A DNA stretch of 64,000 nucleotides from positions 33,596 through 97,595 of the IMG/VR virus record IMGVR_UViG_3300028920_000052. One strand, written 5' to 3'. Both the position numbers and the translations under genes were made by a program. Position 1 is the stretch's first letter; the number at the start of each line of letters is the position of its first letter. Shown piece by piece: positions 1 to 8,123 of the stretch. The notes under the pieces were generated by a model. It saw only the letters and a list, made by a program, of their open reading frames with translations. It was not told where the DNA came from and did not search any database. Origin of the DNA: a virus.

Positions 1-146
1 AATTCATAGATTTCATCATATCCTCCAATAGGAGAAAATTTATGATGTATAATATCACATAGTTCTCTAAGAATTGTTAAACTTACTTTTTTTAATATAG
101 GTTTAACTTCTTCTTTTATAATATGAGGTTTTATTGTATTAATCAT
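1..146 (-). CDS. hypothetical protein, truncated by window edge
   Basis: ATG at 146 overlapping the upstream stop; open frame MINTIKPHIIKEEVKP... to position 1. Confidence 0.5.
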   Translation of the reverse strand, partial: MINTIKPHIIKEEVKPILKKVSLTILRELCDIIHHKFSPIGGYDEIYE

Positions 147-378
147 CTTTAGTATATTGATTAAAGTAATCTTCTACAGTTATGTCATCATTTATTATTT
201 CTGCTTTGCTTGTTTGCATGAATTCTTTTAAATAGCTTTTTACTTCTTCTCCTTTAATATTAGGATATTTTTCTTTAAATTCTTCTTTACATTCTCTACA
301 AATATATCCTATATCTGGAATATACGTGTCACATAAAATATTCTCACAGTCTTTTCTAGAACAGTTCATTACTCCCAT
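139..378 (-). CDS. small Cys-rich (putative Zn-binding) protein
   Basis: CSRKDCENILC and CRECK clusters; co-oriented in operon. Confidence 0.6.
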   Translation of the reverse strand: MGVMNCSRKDCENILCDTYIPDIGYICRECKEEFKEKYPNIKGEEVKSYLKEFMQTSKAEIINDDITVEDYFNQYTKDD

Positions 379-380
379 AG

Positions 381-1517
381 TTATAATTCATTAAAATTAA
401 TCCAATTAAGATATTCTGTATTAAATCCTTCTAAAGCAGTTTTAAGATATTGAGTATCCTGAGTATTCTTTACATAGAGTATATAATATTCAGGATGTTC
501 TGCACGAAGCACTCGCCCGCAGCTTTGAATAAAAGACTTCATATTATTATCTAATTGCACCATTACTCCTGCTTCAATATTGTTAAGATTCATACTTTCT
601 CTAAGCATTCTAGTAGTAAATAATTTACTAATCTTACCTTCATTAAAATCTTTTATCATATCTGCTCTTAAATCTGCAGATATATTAGAATGTACTGAAT
701 AGCCATTAGACAATATTTCAGATTGTGCTATAGAATAAGTAAAACATATTAATCTTTTATCCTTTAGTTTATGTAATAAAATTTTAGCATAAGGTGTTTT
801 AAGGTCTGAAAGAAACTTTTTTCTTGTTCCTCCAGCTCTTAACCAATTAGTTTTATCCCATTCTGTTCTGCTACTAAAAAACCTTTGTTTTAAGTACTCA
901 ATTCTATTTGACTGTAAATCATACCATTCTTGTTGTGTACATGGTTTAGATTTATCTCTACTAAATTTAAACACATATTTTTTACTTTTGGTATCTAAGA
1001 CTATTCCAATAAGATGTATTTTAGGCTCAGGTAAAATTTCTTCTTTTATAGCATGAGACATAGTAATTTTATGGTAAAACACATCTGGAATAATTTTATT
1101 TAAATTTTCTTTCTGTTTTCTACTAAGAGTAGCAGATAGTCCAACAAGTCTTTTTAGTTTATAAAAATATATTTGTTGAATAGCATTTAGTCTTTTAACA
1201 CTTAATAATCCATTATGAAATTCATCAAAACAATAATATTCATTATCTATAAACTTATGTAAAGATGCATAGCATAGAAATCTAACATTCTCTAATAAAC
1301 CTTCTTTACCATGTTTCTTAAATTCATCCTTCCAGTTTTGAATATGGTTAGTTTCTGCTACTACAATGTTCCAAAAACCACCAACTTTTTCCATTATTTT
1401 AATGAAAGTTAAAGATTTTCCCAATCCAGTTGGATGTTCATAGACAATGAAAGGATGCTTTAGTGCTAGTTCAACCGCATTGGACTGTATTTCATCTTTA
1501 AGTTGATTAGTTTTCAT
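381..1517 (-). CDS. superfamily 2 DExH helicase
   Basis: motif I HPTGLGKS, motif II FDEFH, motif III SAT, motif VI QSCGRVLR. Confidence 0.9.
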   Translation of the reverse strand: MKTNQLKDEIQSNAVELALKHPFIVYEHPTGLGKSLTFIKIMEKVGGFWNIVVAETNHIQNWKDEFKKHGKEGLLENVRFLCYASLHKFIDNEYYCFDEFHNGLLSVKRLNAIQQIYFYKLKRLVGLSATLSRKQKENLNKIIPDVFYHKITMSHAIKEEILPEPKIHLIGIVLDTKSKKYVFKFSRDKSKPCTQQEWYDLQSNRIEYLKQRFFSSRTEWDKTNWLRAGGTRKKFLSDLKTPYAKILLHKLKDKRLICFTYSIAQSEILSNGYSVHSNISADLRADMIKDFNEGKISKLFTTRMLRESMNLNNIEAGVMVQLDNNMKSFIQSCGRVLRAEHPEYYILYVKNTQDTQYLKTALEGFNTEYLNWINFNEL

Positions 1518-1732
1518 TTTTTATTAATTAAAGTTTTCATAAATAGGTAACTAAATTGTGTATTTAATCCAAAGTGATATTTACCATCTAGTTTTCCTTT
1601 ATCTATAATGTTTAAAACTTCTGCAATAATATCTTCAGATACATCTTTACCTTCTCTTAAATCATACCATTTATAAGGAGTTATAGTTCTTAAAAATTCA
1701 TAAGCTTTATGCTGTATTTCATCTTTGATCAT
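1514..1732 (-). CDS. hypothetical protein
   Basis: 72 aa ORF, 4-nt overlap with helicase start. Confidence 0.65.
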   Translation of the reverse strand: MIKDEIQHKAYEFLRTITPYKWYDLREGKDVSEDIIAEVLNIIDKGKLDGKYHFGLNTQFSYLFMKTLINKK

Positions 1733-1738
1733 TTTTAT

Positions 1739-1999
1739 TTATTTTACTATTATTTGGTTCTTTACTCTTTGTATAAAATTATCAAAGGATTCAAACCTTA
1801 TTGACACCATCTGTAATGCTGGCATTAATACTTTCCCATCAGTTGTCAATATTTCTTTACAGGTAACTTCATACTGTGTTTCCCATGTTTCAGAGGCTCT
1901 GCCATGATACCCTTCAAAGGTTCTTCTTATAGATAAATTAAATTGAAGTTCTCCACTAAACCAACCTGTCTGTTCAATGTACTTTGCTATTTCTTCCAT
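1739..1999 (-). CDS. hypothetical protein
   Basis: 86 aa, tight operon packing. Confidence 0.65.
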   Translation of the reverse strand: MEEIAKYIEQTGWFSGELQFNLSIRRTFEGYHGRASETWETQYEVTCKEILTTDGKVLMPALQMVSIRFESFDNFIQRVKNQIIVK

Positions 2000-2069
2000 T
2001 ATTCAATTAAGTTAATTACATTAAGTATGGATTAATATTATTATTATAAGTGTTATCATTTTTTTTTAT

Positions 2070-2444
2070 TTAATCTGATAAAAGGTCAGTTAATTGAGAT
2101 CTCGCTTCATTTTTTATATTAGATAAGTCTATTTCAGAAAGTTTTATTGCTTCTTTTATTAAAGAATTTAAATTAAGCCTAATAACTTTATCTAAATAAA
2201 AAGCAAGTCTAGGCATTTGATGATATACAGCATCTCCAGAGGGTATTTCTGTGGAATAACTTATCAAATATCCTAAATTTTCTCCATTGTTATACCATTT
2301 ATCTTTAGAAGTTGTTAGTTCATATATAATTTTTCTATTTTTTTTCTTATTCACAATAGAAGCTTTAGTTATGATAGAAATCATATATTCATGCTCTTCT
2401 TTTTCCTTTAAATATTTATTCATTAAATTTTCCATTATTTCCAA
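2070..2444 (-). CDS. hypothetical protein
   Basis: 124 aa, overlaps upstream stop. Confidence 0.65.
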   Translation of the reverse strand: MEIMENLMNKYLKEKEEHEYMISIITKASIVNKKKNRKIIYELTTSKDKWYNNGENLGYLISYSTEIPSGDAVYHQMPRLAFYLDKVIRLNLNSLIKEAIKLSEIDLSNIKNEARSQLTDLLSD

Positions 2445-2734
2445 GTATTTAAAAATTCAATATATTCTTTCATTTTTTCAATAGGCACATCAAATGCTTT
2501 TTTATTTACTTCATACATAAATGCCTCCATTTCATCAAATGCAAATTCAGCTTGATCTCCTTGCCTATTACATTGAAATAATAGTTCTTTCCACATTTGA
2601 GAAGCTTGTTTATGAAGAATATTTACCCATCTTTTAGCACCATGTTTGAGATCTAAGTCTTTAAGACTGTTTATAAATATAGTAAGTACTCCAAATAGTA
2701 CCATTACTTTACTTGATTCTGATATATTTTTCAT
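2435..2734 (-). CDS. hypothetical protein
   Basis: likely ATG at 2734 immediately after the polA stop (ORF track extends to an alternative start at 2773). Confidence 0.65.
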   Translation of the reverse strand: MKNISESSKVMVLFGVLTIFINSLKDLDLKHGAKRWVNILHKQASQMWKELLFQCNRQGDQAEFAFDEMEAFMYEVNKKAFDVPIEKMKEYIEFLNTWK

Positions 2735-2735
2735 G

Positions 2736-2975
2736 TTATTTGGTCCAGTAATCACTAACACTGCAATCAGCAACTATAGGTATTGTTTTGATAGATTCTT
2801 GTGCAGCTTGTATCATTAATCTTTCTAATACCTTACTCCATTCTTCAGCAAAGTCTTCTCTACATTCAGTCTGTATTTCATCATAAATACTTAATAGGAT
2901 ATATACAGGGTAGTTATGTTTATCAATTTCATTTTGAACTAGACATAAAGCTCTCTTAATAATATCTCCATTTGT
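2736..2975 (-). CDS. polA: DNA polymerase family A, exon 3 (motif C)
   Basis: TNGDIIKRAL continues the PIQG of exon 2; motif C LLSIYDEI; ends DYWTK. Confidence 0.9.
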   Translation of the reverse strand, partial: TNGDIIKRALCLVQNEIDKHNYPVYILLSIYDEIQTECREDFAEEWSKVLERLMIQAAQESIKTIPIVADCSVSDYWTK

Positions 2976-3825
2976 CATTTTTGTTATCCTAAAGGCTCTT
3001 TATCCTTTAGTTCTATAGGTTCTTCATTTCCTATAGTTCGGACTATATCATTAATATTTAAATAATTTATAATATTTTCTGTAAAAATGTATAATTGTTC
3101 TATAGTTGCAGAATTTTTCATAGTATTGGCTAAAGTACTTATAACTTTAACATTCCCTTGTATATATCCTTTAGTATTATCAATTCTATCTAAAGATGGT
3201 GAATTTTGATAATTTCCTTTTGTACCTGTAAATAAAGGTATTTTCAGAATTGGGCATATTTCAGGAATTACTATATCATCTAATGTTATATCAAAAAGAA
3301 TATCTTTTTTCAATGCACGTATTTGGGCATTTTTTAATAAACGCTTAGCCACATATCTAGGATATCTTTCTCGTTGTTTATTATTTACATTTTCCCGTAT
3401 AATACTGTCGTCCATTCTATCTTTATAATACTTGCGCTTATTAATATTAACTTTTTCTTTATTTTCACGTCTGTATTTATTTAAATATGCTTTACGTGAG
3501 TTATTATAACATTTTTTGCAACAAGACATATACGATATTTTACCTTTATATTCACCAACTTTATAAAAATCAATTAAAGGCTTAATTTCGCTACATTTTT
3601 TACATTTTTTCATAGTATCTACATTAGTTTATTTACTAATGTAAATATAATAAAATTATTTGAATATTATTCCATTTTCGTGGGAAAAATATACTCCTAT
3701 AATTTATAGGTATCATTTCCTAGTCTCTGCACCTTCAAAAATATTACTATTTAAGCTTGGCTCAAGATTGGCATCTCAGCTTTCCTTGAATTTATGGAAT
3801 TTAGACAGGGCACAATTTAGCATCT
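2976..3825 (-). mobile_element. group I intron 2 in polA (850 nt)
   Basis: 5' exon ends ...CAGGGT and pairs with IGS GCCCTG (U.G at splice site); TTGT pairs with exon 3 start ACAA (P10); P AAATTCAAGGAA (3782-3793), Q AATCTTGAGCCAAG (3756-3769), R GAAGGTGCAGAGACTA (3721-3736), S AATGATATAGTCCG (3039-3052); terminal G at 2976; splicing restores NSPIQG|TNGDIIK. Confidence 0.93.
2984..3613 (-). CDS. intron-encoded HNH/His-Me-type homing endonuclease with N-terminal Zn finger
   Basis: CKKC...CKKC N-terminus; CPIL...SLDRIDNTKGYIQGNV...AN core; lies between R and S, and its 3' end overlaps S/P9. Confidence 0.85.
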   Translation of the reverse strand: MKKCKKCSEIKPLIDFYKVGEYKGKISYMSCCKKCYNNSRKAYLNKYRRENKEKVNINKRKYYKDRMDDSIIRENVNNKQRERYPRYVAKRLLKNAQIRALKKDILFDITLDDIVIPEICPILKIPLFTGTKGNYQNSPSLDRIDNTKGYIQGNVKVISTLANTMKNSATIEQLYIFTENIINYLNINDIVRTIGNEEPIELKDKEPLG

Positions 3826-4317
3826 ACCCTGTATCGGACTATTTTTACTTTTTCTTTCAATACTACCTAAAGATTTATAATCTTCTTTATTTAAAGAAAG
3901 ATTTTTATAATTTTTAAAATAAGATTTCCACTCAGGAAAATATCTTAGTCTTCTATATGGAGCACCTGTTCTAATATATCCTCTTGTTTTACCTAATTCT
4001 CCTAAATGCACTAGAAATGAATATACTTGTGATACTCTAGAAAAGAAGGTTTTAATAAGTTTTTTAGCATCATCTACTGATACTTGTATTGTATCTGCTA
4101 ACTTATATTCTGACATTCCAAAAGCCAATCCAAAATTTATAGTCTTTTGTACATCTCTGTATGTAAATGTAGGTTTTGGTGGAAATGGTTTTTTTACATC
4201 CTTTATAGGAATATTAAATGTCATTGCACATAGTTTAGAGTGCAAATCTTCCCCGTTCTTAAACGCATTAACCCAGGTTGGATCTTGGCTGAATTCTGCT
4301 ATAATTCTGAGTTCCAT
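3826..4317 (-). CDS. polA: DNA polymerase family A, exon 2 (end of motif A, motif B)
   Basis: MELRIIAEFSQD, DLH, RDVQKTINFGLAFG, ERKSKNSPIQG. Confidence 0.92.
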
Positions 4318-5283
4318 CAACAGGTTTTCTTCCTGCTGGACTTTATCTTAACCATATACAATTATATTGTACTTAGGTAATCTCCGTTAAGTCTCTACAC
4401 CTTCCTTATTTCACACAAGGCTTGGCTCGGTATTCCCAACGCTGGTTCACCGAATTTGAAGATTTTGTACTTTAAATGTTTCCAAATAAAGAGGCATATA
4501 ATCTGTTATATTTTCTTTCTAGATAAACAGATGCGTTTTTGTATATTAAATTATATAAAGAAGCTATGTCTTTTTTAGAATATATTCCTATTATGTAAAT
4601 ACTATCTTTTCTACAAGAAACTGTACAATGAATATTATTTTGGGTAAACCACTCTACAAGTTGATTCTTAAATTCTACAGATTGGGTAGCAATTTCAGTC
4701 CTACCAGTAGTTTTTCTAATAAACCCATCTCCATCTATTACTCCTCTAATAAAAGAAGGTGATAGTGAAATATTCATTTTAATAGTTTTACTTTTTCTGG
4801 GAGTTATTCCAAGATTTCTCAAGAATAAATTACAAGATTTATTTTTGAATACGACTCTATATTCAATAGAATTAAACTTTTTACTAAAAACTGTTCTTAT
4901 AGGTACCTTTGAAAATTTTGAATACTTTTTTATATGTTCTAAATCTTTTTCTTGTAATCCTAAAGATACTACATATTCTTTATCTCCTATAGTTCCATCA
5001 GAAGCAAGCATACCTAACCAATATTGCACTTCTTCATTTTCTAAATCTAAAAATGGATTAAGTACTTTACTTTGAGCTTCTGATTGATTTCTTGGAATTA
5101 TTCTATTTCTTAATAATATTCTTCTAATAGTAGTATTATAAGTTTTTAACTCTAAAGCTAATTGTTTCGTAGTCTTACCCTGTAAATATTCTTTAACTAT
5201 TTGTTCTTCATTATATTTTAACATACGTATAATTATTGATTCGGCAATATATACCACAATAATCATACCAATTTTTATCTTCT
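4318..5283 (-). mobile_element. group I intron 1 in polA (966 nt)
   Basis: interrupts motif A DYSG|MELR; exon ends in T, intron ends in G (4318); P AAATTCGGTGAA (4446-4457), Q AATACCGAGCCAAG (4421-4434), R GAAGGTGTAGAGACT (4390-4404), S AAGATAAAGTCC (4338-4349). Confidence 0.92.
4472..5266 (-). CDS. intron-encoded double-motif LAGLIDADG homing endonuclease
   Basis: YWLGMLASDG and FIRGVIDGDG motifs, N-terminal HTH-like segment; real start may be ATG at 5224. Confidence 0.9.
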   Translation of the reverse strand: MIIVVYIAESIIIRMLKYNEEQIVKEYLQGKTTKQLALELKTYNTTIRRILLRNRIIPRNQSEAQSKVLNPFLDLENEEVQYWLGMLASDGTIGDKEYVVSLGLQEKDLEHIKKYSKFSKVPIRTVFSKKFNSIEYRVVFKNKSCNLFLRNLGITPRKSKTIKMNISLSPSFIRGVIDGDGFIRKTTGRTEIATQSVEFKNQLVEWFTQNNIHCTVSCRKDSIYIIGIYSKKDIASLYNLIYKNASVYLERKYNRLYASLFGNI

Positions 5284-6465
5284 ACCGCTGTAGTCTCCAC
5301 CAACAATTTTATATCCTTCTCTAGGTATAAAAGCACTTCTAATTTCTTTACCAAATTCTCCATGTGAAGGGATTTGATTTAGGTTAGGTTCTGATACTGA
5401 GATTCTTCCAGTTGCCAATATTTGCCATACATTATAATGAACTCTTTTAGTAACAGAATTTATATGTTTTAAAAAGTTCATACCAAAAGCATCAGCAAGT
5501 TTATTATGTTTACTGTAATTTATTAATAGGGAAACTAATGAATGGCTAAACTTATTTTTTTGCAGTATTCTATCTCCTACAGAGTCAATTTTTAATCCTA
5601 ATTCTCTTAATATTTCTAATTTCTGTTGATTTGACTTCCAATTTATGTAAGTATCTCTTTCTGTATTATCAAAGAAAAGATTTCCTTGTTTATATATTGT
5701 ACAATATTTAGTTAAAGCATTAGTATTCGGTAAATCTTTAGTACCTAATTTATAAATTAAAGTATCCATTTCTTTTTCTACATCATCTCTAATTTTTGAA
5801 GCTTTAATTGCAACATTTTTCCATTTATCAGTGTCTACTCTAATCCCAGTGTACTCCATCCTAGCAAATACTTTTACTACTTCATTTTCTAAATTTAATG
5901 TGTTTTCTAACCCTAAAGTTTTTATTTTTGGCAATTGTAAGTCTTTGATTTTACCTAAATACTTTACATCATTACATCCATAAACTATTACTCTATCTGA
6001 TAATCCTTCAGAATGTATTTTTCCTCTTATTTCTTTATCTAATTCAACATTAAGGTACTTCTTTGCTATACCTTTTAAACTTACATCTCTTTCTTCATCT
6101 GAATATCCAGTAGTTAGAATGCATTCAGCAAGAAATGTATCATAAATATTTTCTACAACTAGATTATTATGATAAAGAAATTTTAAATCAAATTTTGCGT
6201 TTTGAAATAAAAATAACTTAGACTTATCTGCAAATAAAGGTATAAAAACTGAAGAATCTATACTACTCCAATCAATAAAAAATTGATTATCATAATCTCC
6301 TAATTGTAAAGATATTACTCTTTTAGTATAAGGGTCAAATCCTTCAGTTTCTGTATCTACTCCTATTTCTTTTAAACTATTACAATATTCAAGACAATCT
6401 TGAATACTTGCTAGTTTTATATCTTCATTTTCAATTCTTTTTTGATTACTGACTAAGTATATCAT
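5284..6465 (-). CDS. polA: DNA polymerase family A, exon 1 (3'-5' exonuclease and N-part of polymerase); spliced product about 637 aa
   Basis: ExoI VDTETEG, ExoII QNAKFDL, ExoIII YGCND; TGRISVSEPNLNQIP; motif A start GDYSG. Confidence 0.93.
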
Positions 6466-6866
6466 ATCTTCTTTATAAATAAAAGTATTATTCTTTCCTC
6501 TATTAGTATTTCGTAGGATAGTATTTTATTTTCTGTTACTAGTATATATTCAGTAGCAGATACTTTAATAAAGTCTTTATCATTATTAAAAGCTTTTAAC
6601 ATATTACCTAGTATAGATATTTCATAAGCATATACTTGCATATCACAAATATCTTTTTCATTAAAATACATCCATACTATTACTTCTTCTTTTTCAAGTA
6701 TTAAATACTTAACACCTTCTTCTGTATATTTAGTTATTGCTTGTGAATATTCATCTTTAATTGTAGTGTAATCTACATCAAGCTTTAACTTTATATCTTG
6801 TGCAAAAGTATTACCACTTAAACATAAGATTATTATTATAATTAAATTTTTCATTAATTTATACAT
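6462..6866 (-). CDS. putative secreted/periplasmic protein
   Basis: signal-peptide-like MKNLIIIIILCLSGNTFA-QD. Confidence 0.65.
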   Translation of the reverse strand: MYKLMKNLIIIIILCLSGNTFAQDIKLKLDVDYTTIKDEYSQAITKYTEEGVKYLILEKEEVIVWMYFNEKDICDMQVYAYEISILGNMLKAFNNDKDFIKVSATEYILVTENKILSYEILIEERIILLFIKKI

Positions 6867-6901
6867 AGTTATTCTTTGGTTTAATCATACCTACTAGGTA
6901 G

Positions 6902-7216
6902 TTAGCGTCCAGTTTGCCATTGTTCATTGCAATCATCACACTCAAATGTATTCTCGTTTACCCAATAATAAACTAATTTACTTCCGCATCTAGGGCAAAC
7001 CGTACCCTTACCCACAGGCTCAACGCTCTCGCTAACAGCGGGTATAGAACAGTTTTTTAACCCTGCTTTTACCAATGGAATTAAGCCATCAACAATTTTG
7101 GTCAAACTTTCTCTTGGTATATATTCATATCCTGTTTCATTCTCTGGCATATATTCATACACTTTGTGTTTCCAAAATTGTTTATCCAAATAATCTACTA
7201 TTTTATCTCTATTCAT
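6902..7216 (-). CDS. cassette 1 ORF, C-terminal Zn ribbon
   Basis: CPRCGS...CDDC; stop TAA lies within the GTTA core site at 6901. Confidence 0.75.
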   Translation of the reverse strand: MNRDKIVDYLDKQFWKHKVYEYMPENETGYEYIPRESLTKIVDGLIPLVKAGLKNCSIPAVSESVEPVGKGTVCPRCGSKLVYYWVNENTFECDDCNEQWQTGR

Positions 7217-7270
7217 ATTTCTACTTTTAAGTCGTTAAAAAACCGATTCCATACCTGAGTACCGTTAGCG
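7030..7270 (+). repeat. attC-like site 1 (241 bp)
   Basis: left arm CGCTAAC-AGC-GGGTATAGAACAGTTTTTTAAC; right arm GTTAAAAAACCGATTCCATACCT-GAGTACC-GTTAGCG. Confidence 0.8.
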
Positions 7271-7477
7271 GTAATACTGGTTTAACGCTAAGTTTCGTTC
7301 GCAAAATGCACATATCTTTTTATGTTGTTTACTAAACACAACATATTTACATCTATCGCAAGGGTCTTCATCATTTTCTGTCAGAGTAGGTGTTCCATAT
7401 TTGTAAATGGAAGTACTACCGCTAACAATGCGTATAATCCATTGCTTGCATTCTGCTAATTTGTTAAGTATCTTCAT
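7265..7477 (-). CDS. cassette 2 ORF, Cys-rich small protein
   Basis: CDRC...CAFC; stop within core site at 7264; reads through attC left arm (WIIRIVSGS). Confidence 0.7.
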   Translation of the reverse strand: MKILNKLAECKQWIIRIVSGSTSIYKYGTPTLTENDEDPCDRCKYVVFSKQHKKICAFCERNLALNQYYR

Positions 7478-7547
7478 TTTATAATTTTTAGTTGTTAATT
7501 AAAGTTTCGGCTATTAAACGCAACGTATCATACGCTCACCGTTGTGG
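7420..7547 (+). repeat. attC-like site 2 (128 bp)
   Basis: CGCTAAC-AAT-GCGTATAATCCATTGC ... GCAACGTATCATACGC-TCACC-GTTGTGG. Confidence 0.8.
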
Positions 7548-7571
7548 TGCATTAAAACGTTCGCTCCGCCA

Positions 7572-7747
7572 CCACAACATGCAATATACTGCATGGCTTT
7601 GTAGTGGCTTCGATTAAACGTCTGTGCCAATTTACCGTAATTAAACATTTTTATATCGCACAAATAAATATTTCCAATGCCTTTGTCCAGTATCGTCAAA
7701 CACATAATGCATCTAATCCGCAACTAATCTTATACAAACCGTTATGC
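7572..7747 (+). repeat. attC-like site 3 (arms poorly matched, probably chimeric)
   Basis: inverse core CCACAAC at 7572, core GTTATGC at 7741; inner arms ATATACTGCATGGC and GCAACTAATCTTATAC do not pair well. Confidence 0.6.
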
Positions 7748-7754
7748 GTAATAG

Positions 7755-7997
7755 CTATAACTTTTCCAATTGTCCTATACAGTGTTTCAAACACATTAAA
7801 TTCCATTCTTTCCAATACCTAGCATCCTCTTTATTTGTTTTTATTACAGTTCTTAAAGTTCCATTTACGTATTTAATCAAACCTTTAGGTTCGCTACTAC
7901 GCATAACACCGTATAAAACAAATAGCTCTTTATCTGCTTGTTTTGGTGTTATTTTACCTTCTGCAACTTTCTGTAAAATTTTAATTCTATTTTTCAT
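7755..7997 (-). CDS. cassette 4 ORF, hypothetical protein
   Basis: 80 aa; start in attC loop, reads through left arm (ELFVLYGVMRS). Confidence 0.7.
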   Translation of the reverse strand: MKNRIKILQKVAEGKITPKQADKELFVLYGVMRSSEPKGLIKYVNGTLRTVIKTNKEDARYWKEWNLMCLKHCIGQLEKL

Positions 7998-8031
7998 ATC
8001 TCGCTACTTGTCTTATACATCAACGTTATGG
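7901..8031 (+). repeat. attC-like site 4 (131 bp)
   Basis: GCATAAC-ACC-GTATAAAACAAATAGC ... GCTACTTGTCTTATAC-ATCAAC-GTTATGG; 14/16 arm match, both mismatches become G.T on the bottom strand. Confidence 0.82.
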
Positions 8032-8067
8032 CTCAATCCCTCCTGCAATTTACAAACATTTTCATAT

Positions 8068-8107
8068 AAAAAAAATAAGCCCTACACACATTACTGTATG
8101 TAGAGCT
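8068..8107 (-). terminator. intrinsic terminator
   Basis: minus strand AGCTCTACATACA-GTAA-TGTGTGTAGGGCT followed by TATTTTTTTT; GNRA loop and G.U pairs. Confidence 0.8.
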
Positions 8108-8123
8108 ATATTTAGTTTATGGT

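Larger units (their letters stand above)
6901..8031 (+). mobile_element. integron-type gene cassette array (four cassettes, attC-like sites, no integrase in window)
   Basis: GTT core sites at 6901, 7264, 7541, 7741 and 8025; each of the first four is complementary to the inverse core inside its own cassette (7030, 7417, 7570, 7898); imperfect inverted arms; locally CpG-rich. Confidence 0.8.

Noticed and set aside
7514-7723. 69 aa ORF from the track in cassette 3
   Set aside because: Non-ATG start inside the attC arm, crosses a cassette boundary and is in a different frame from the other cassette ORFs; probably spurious
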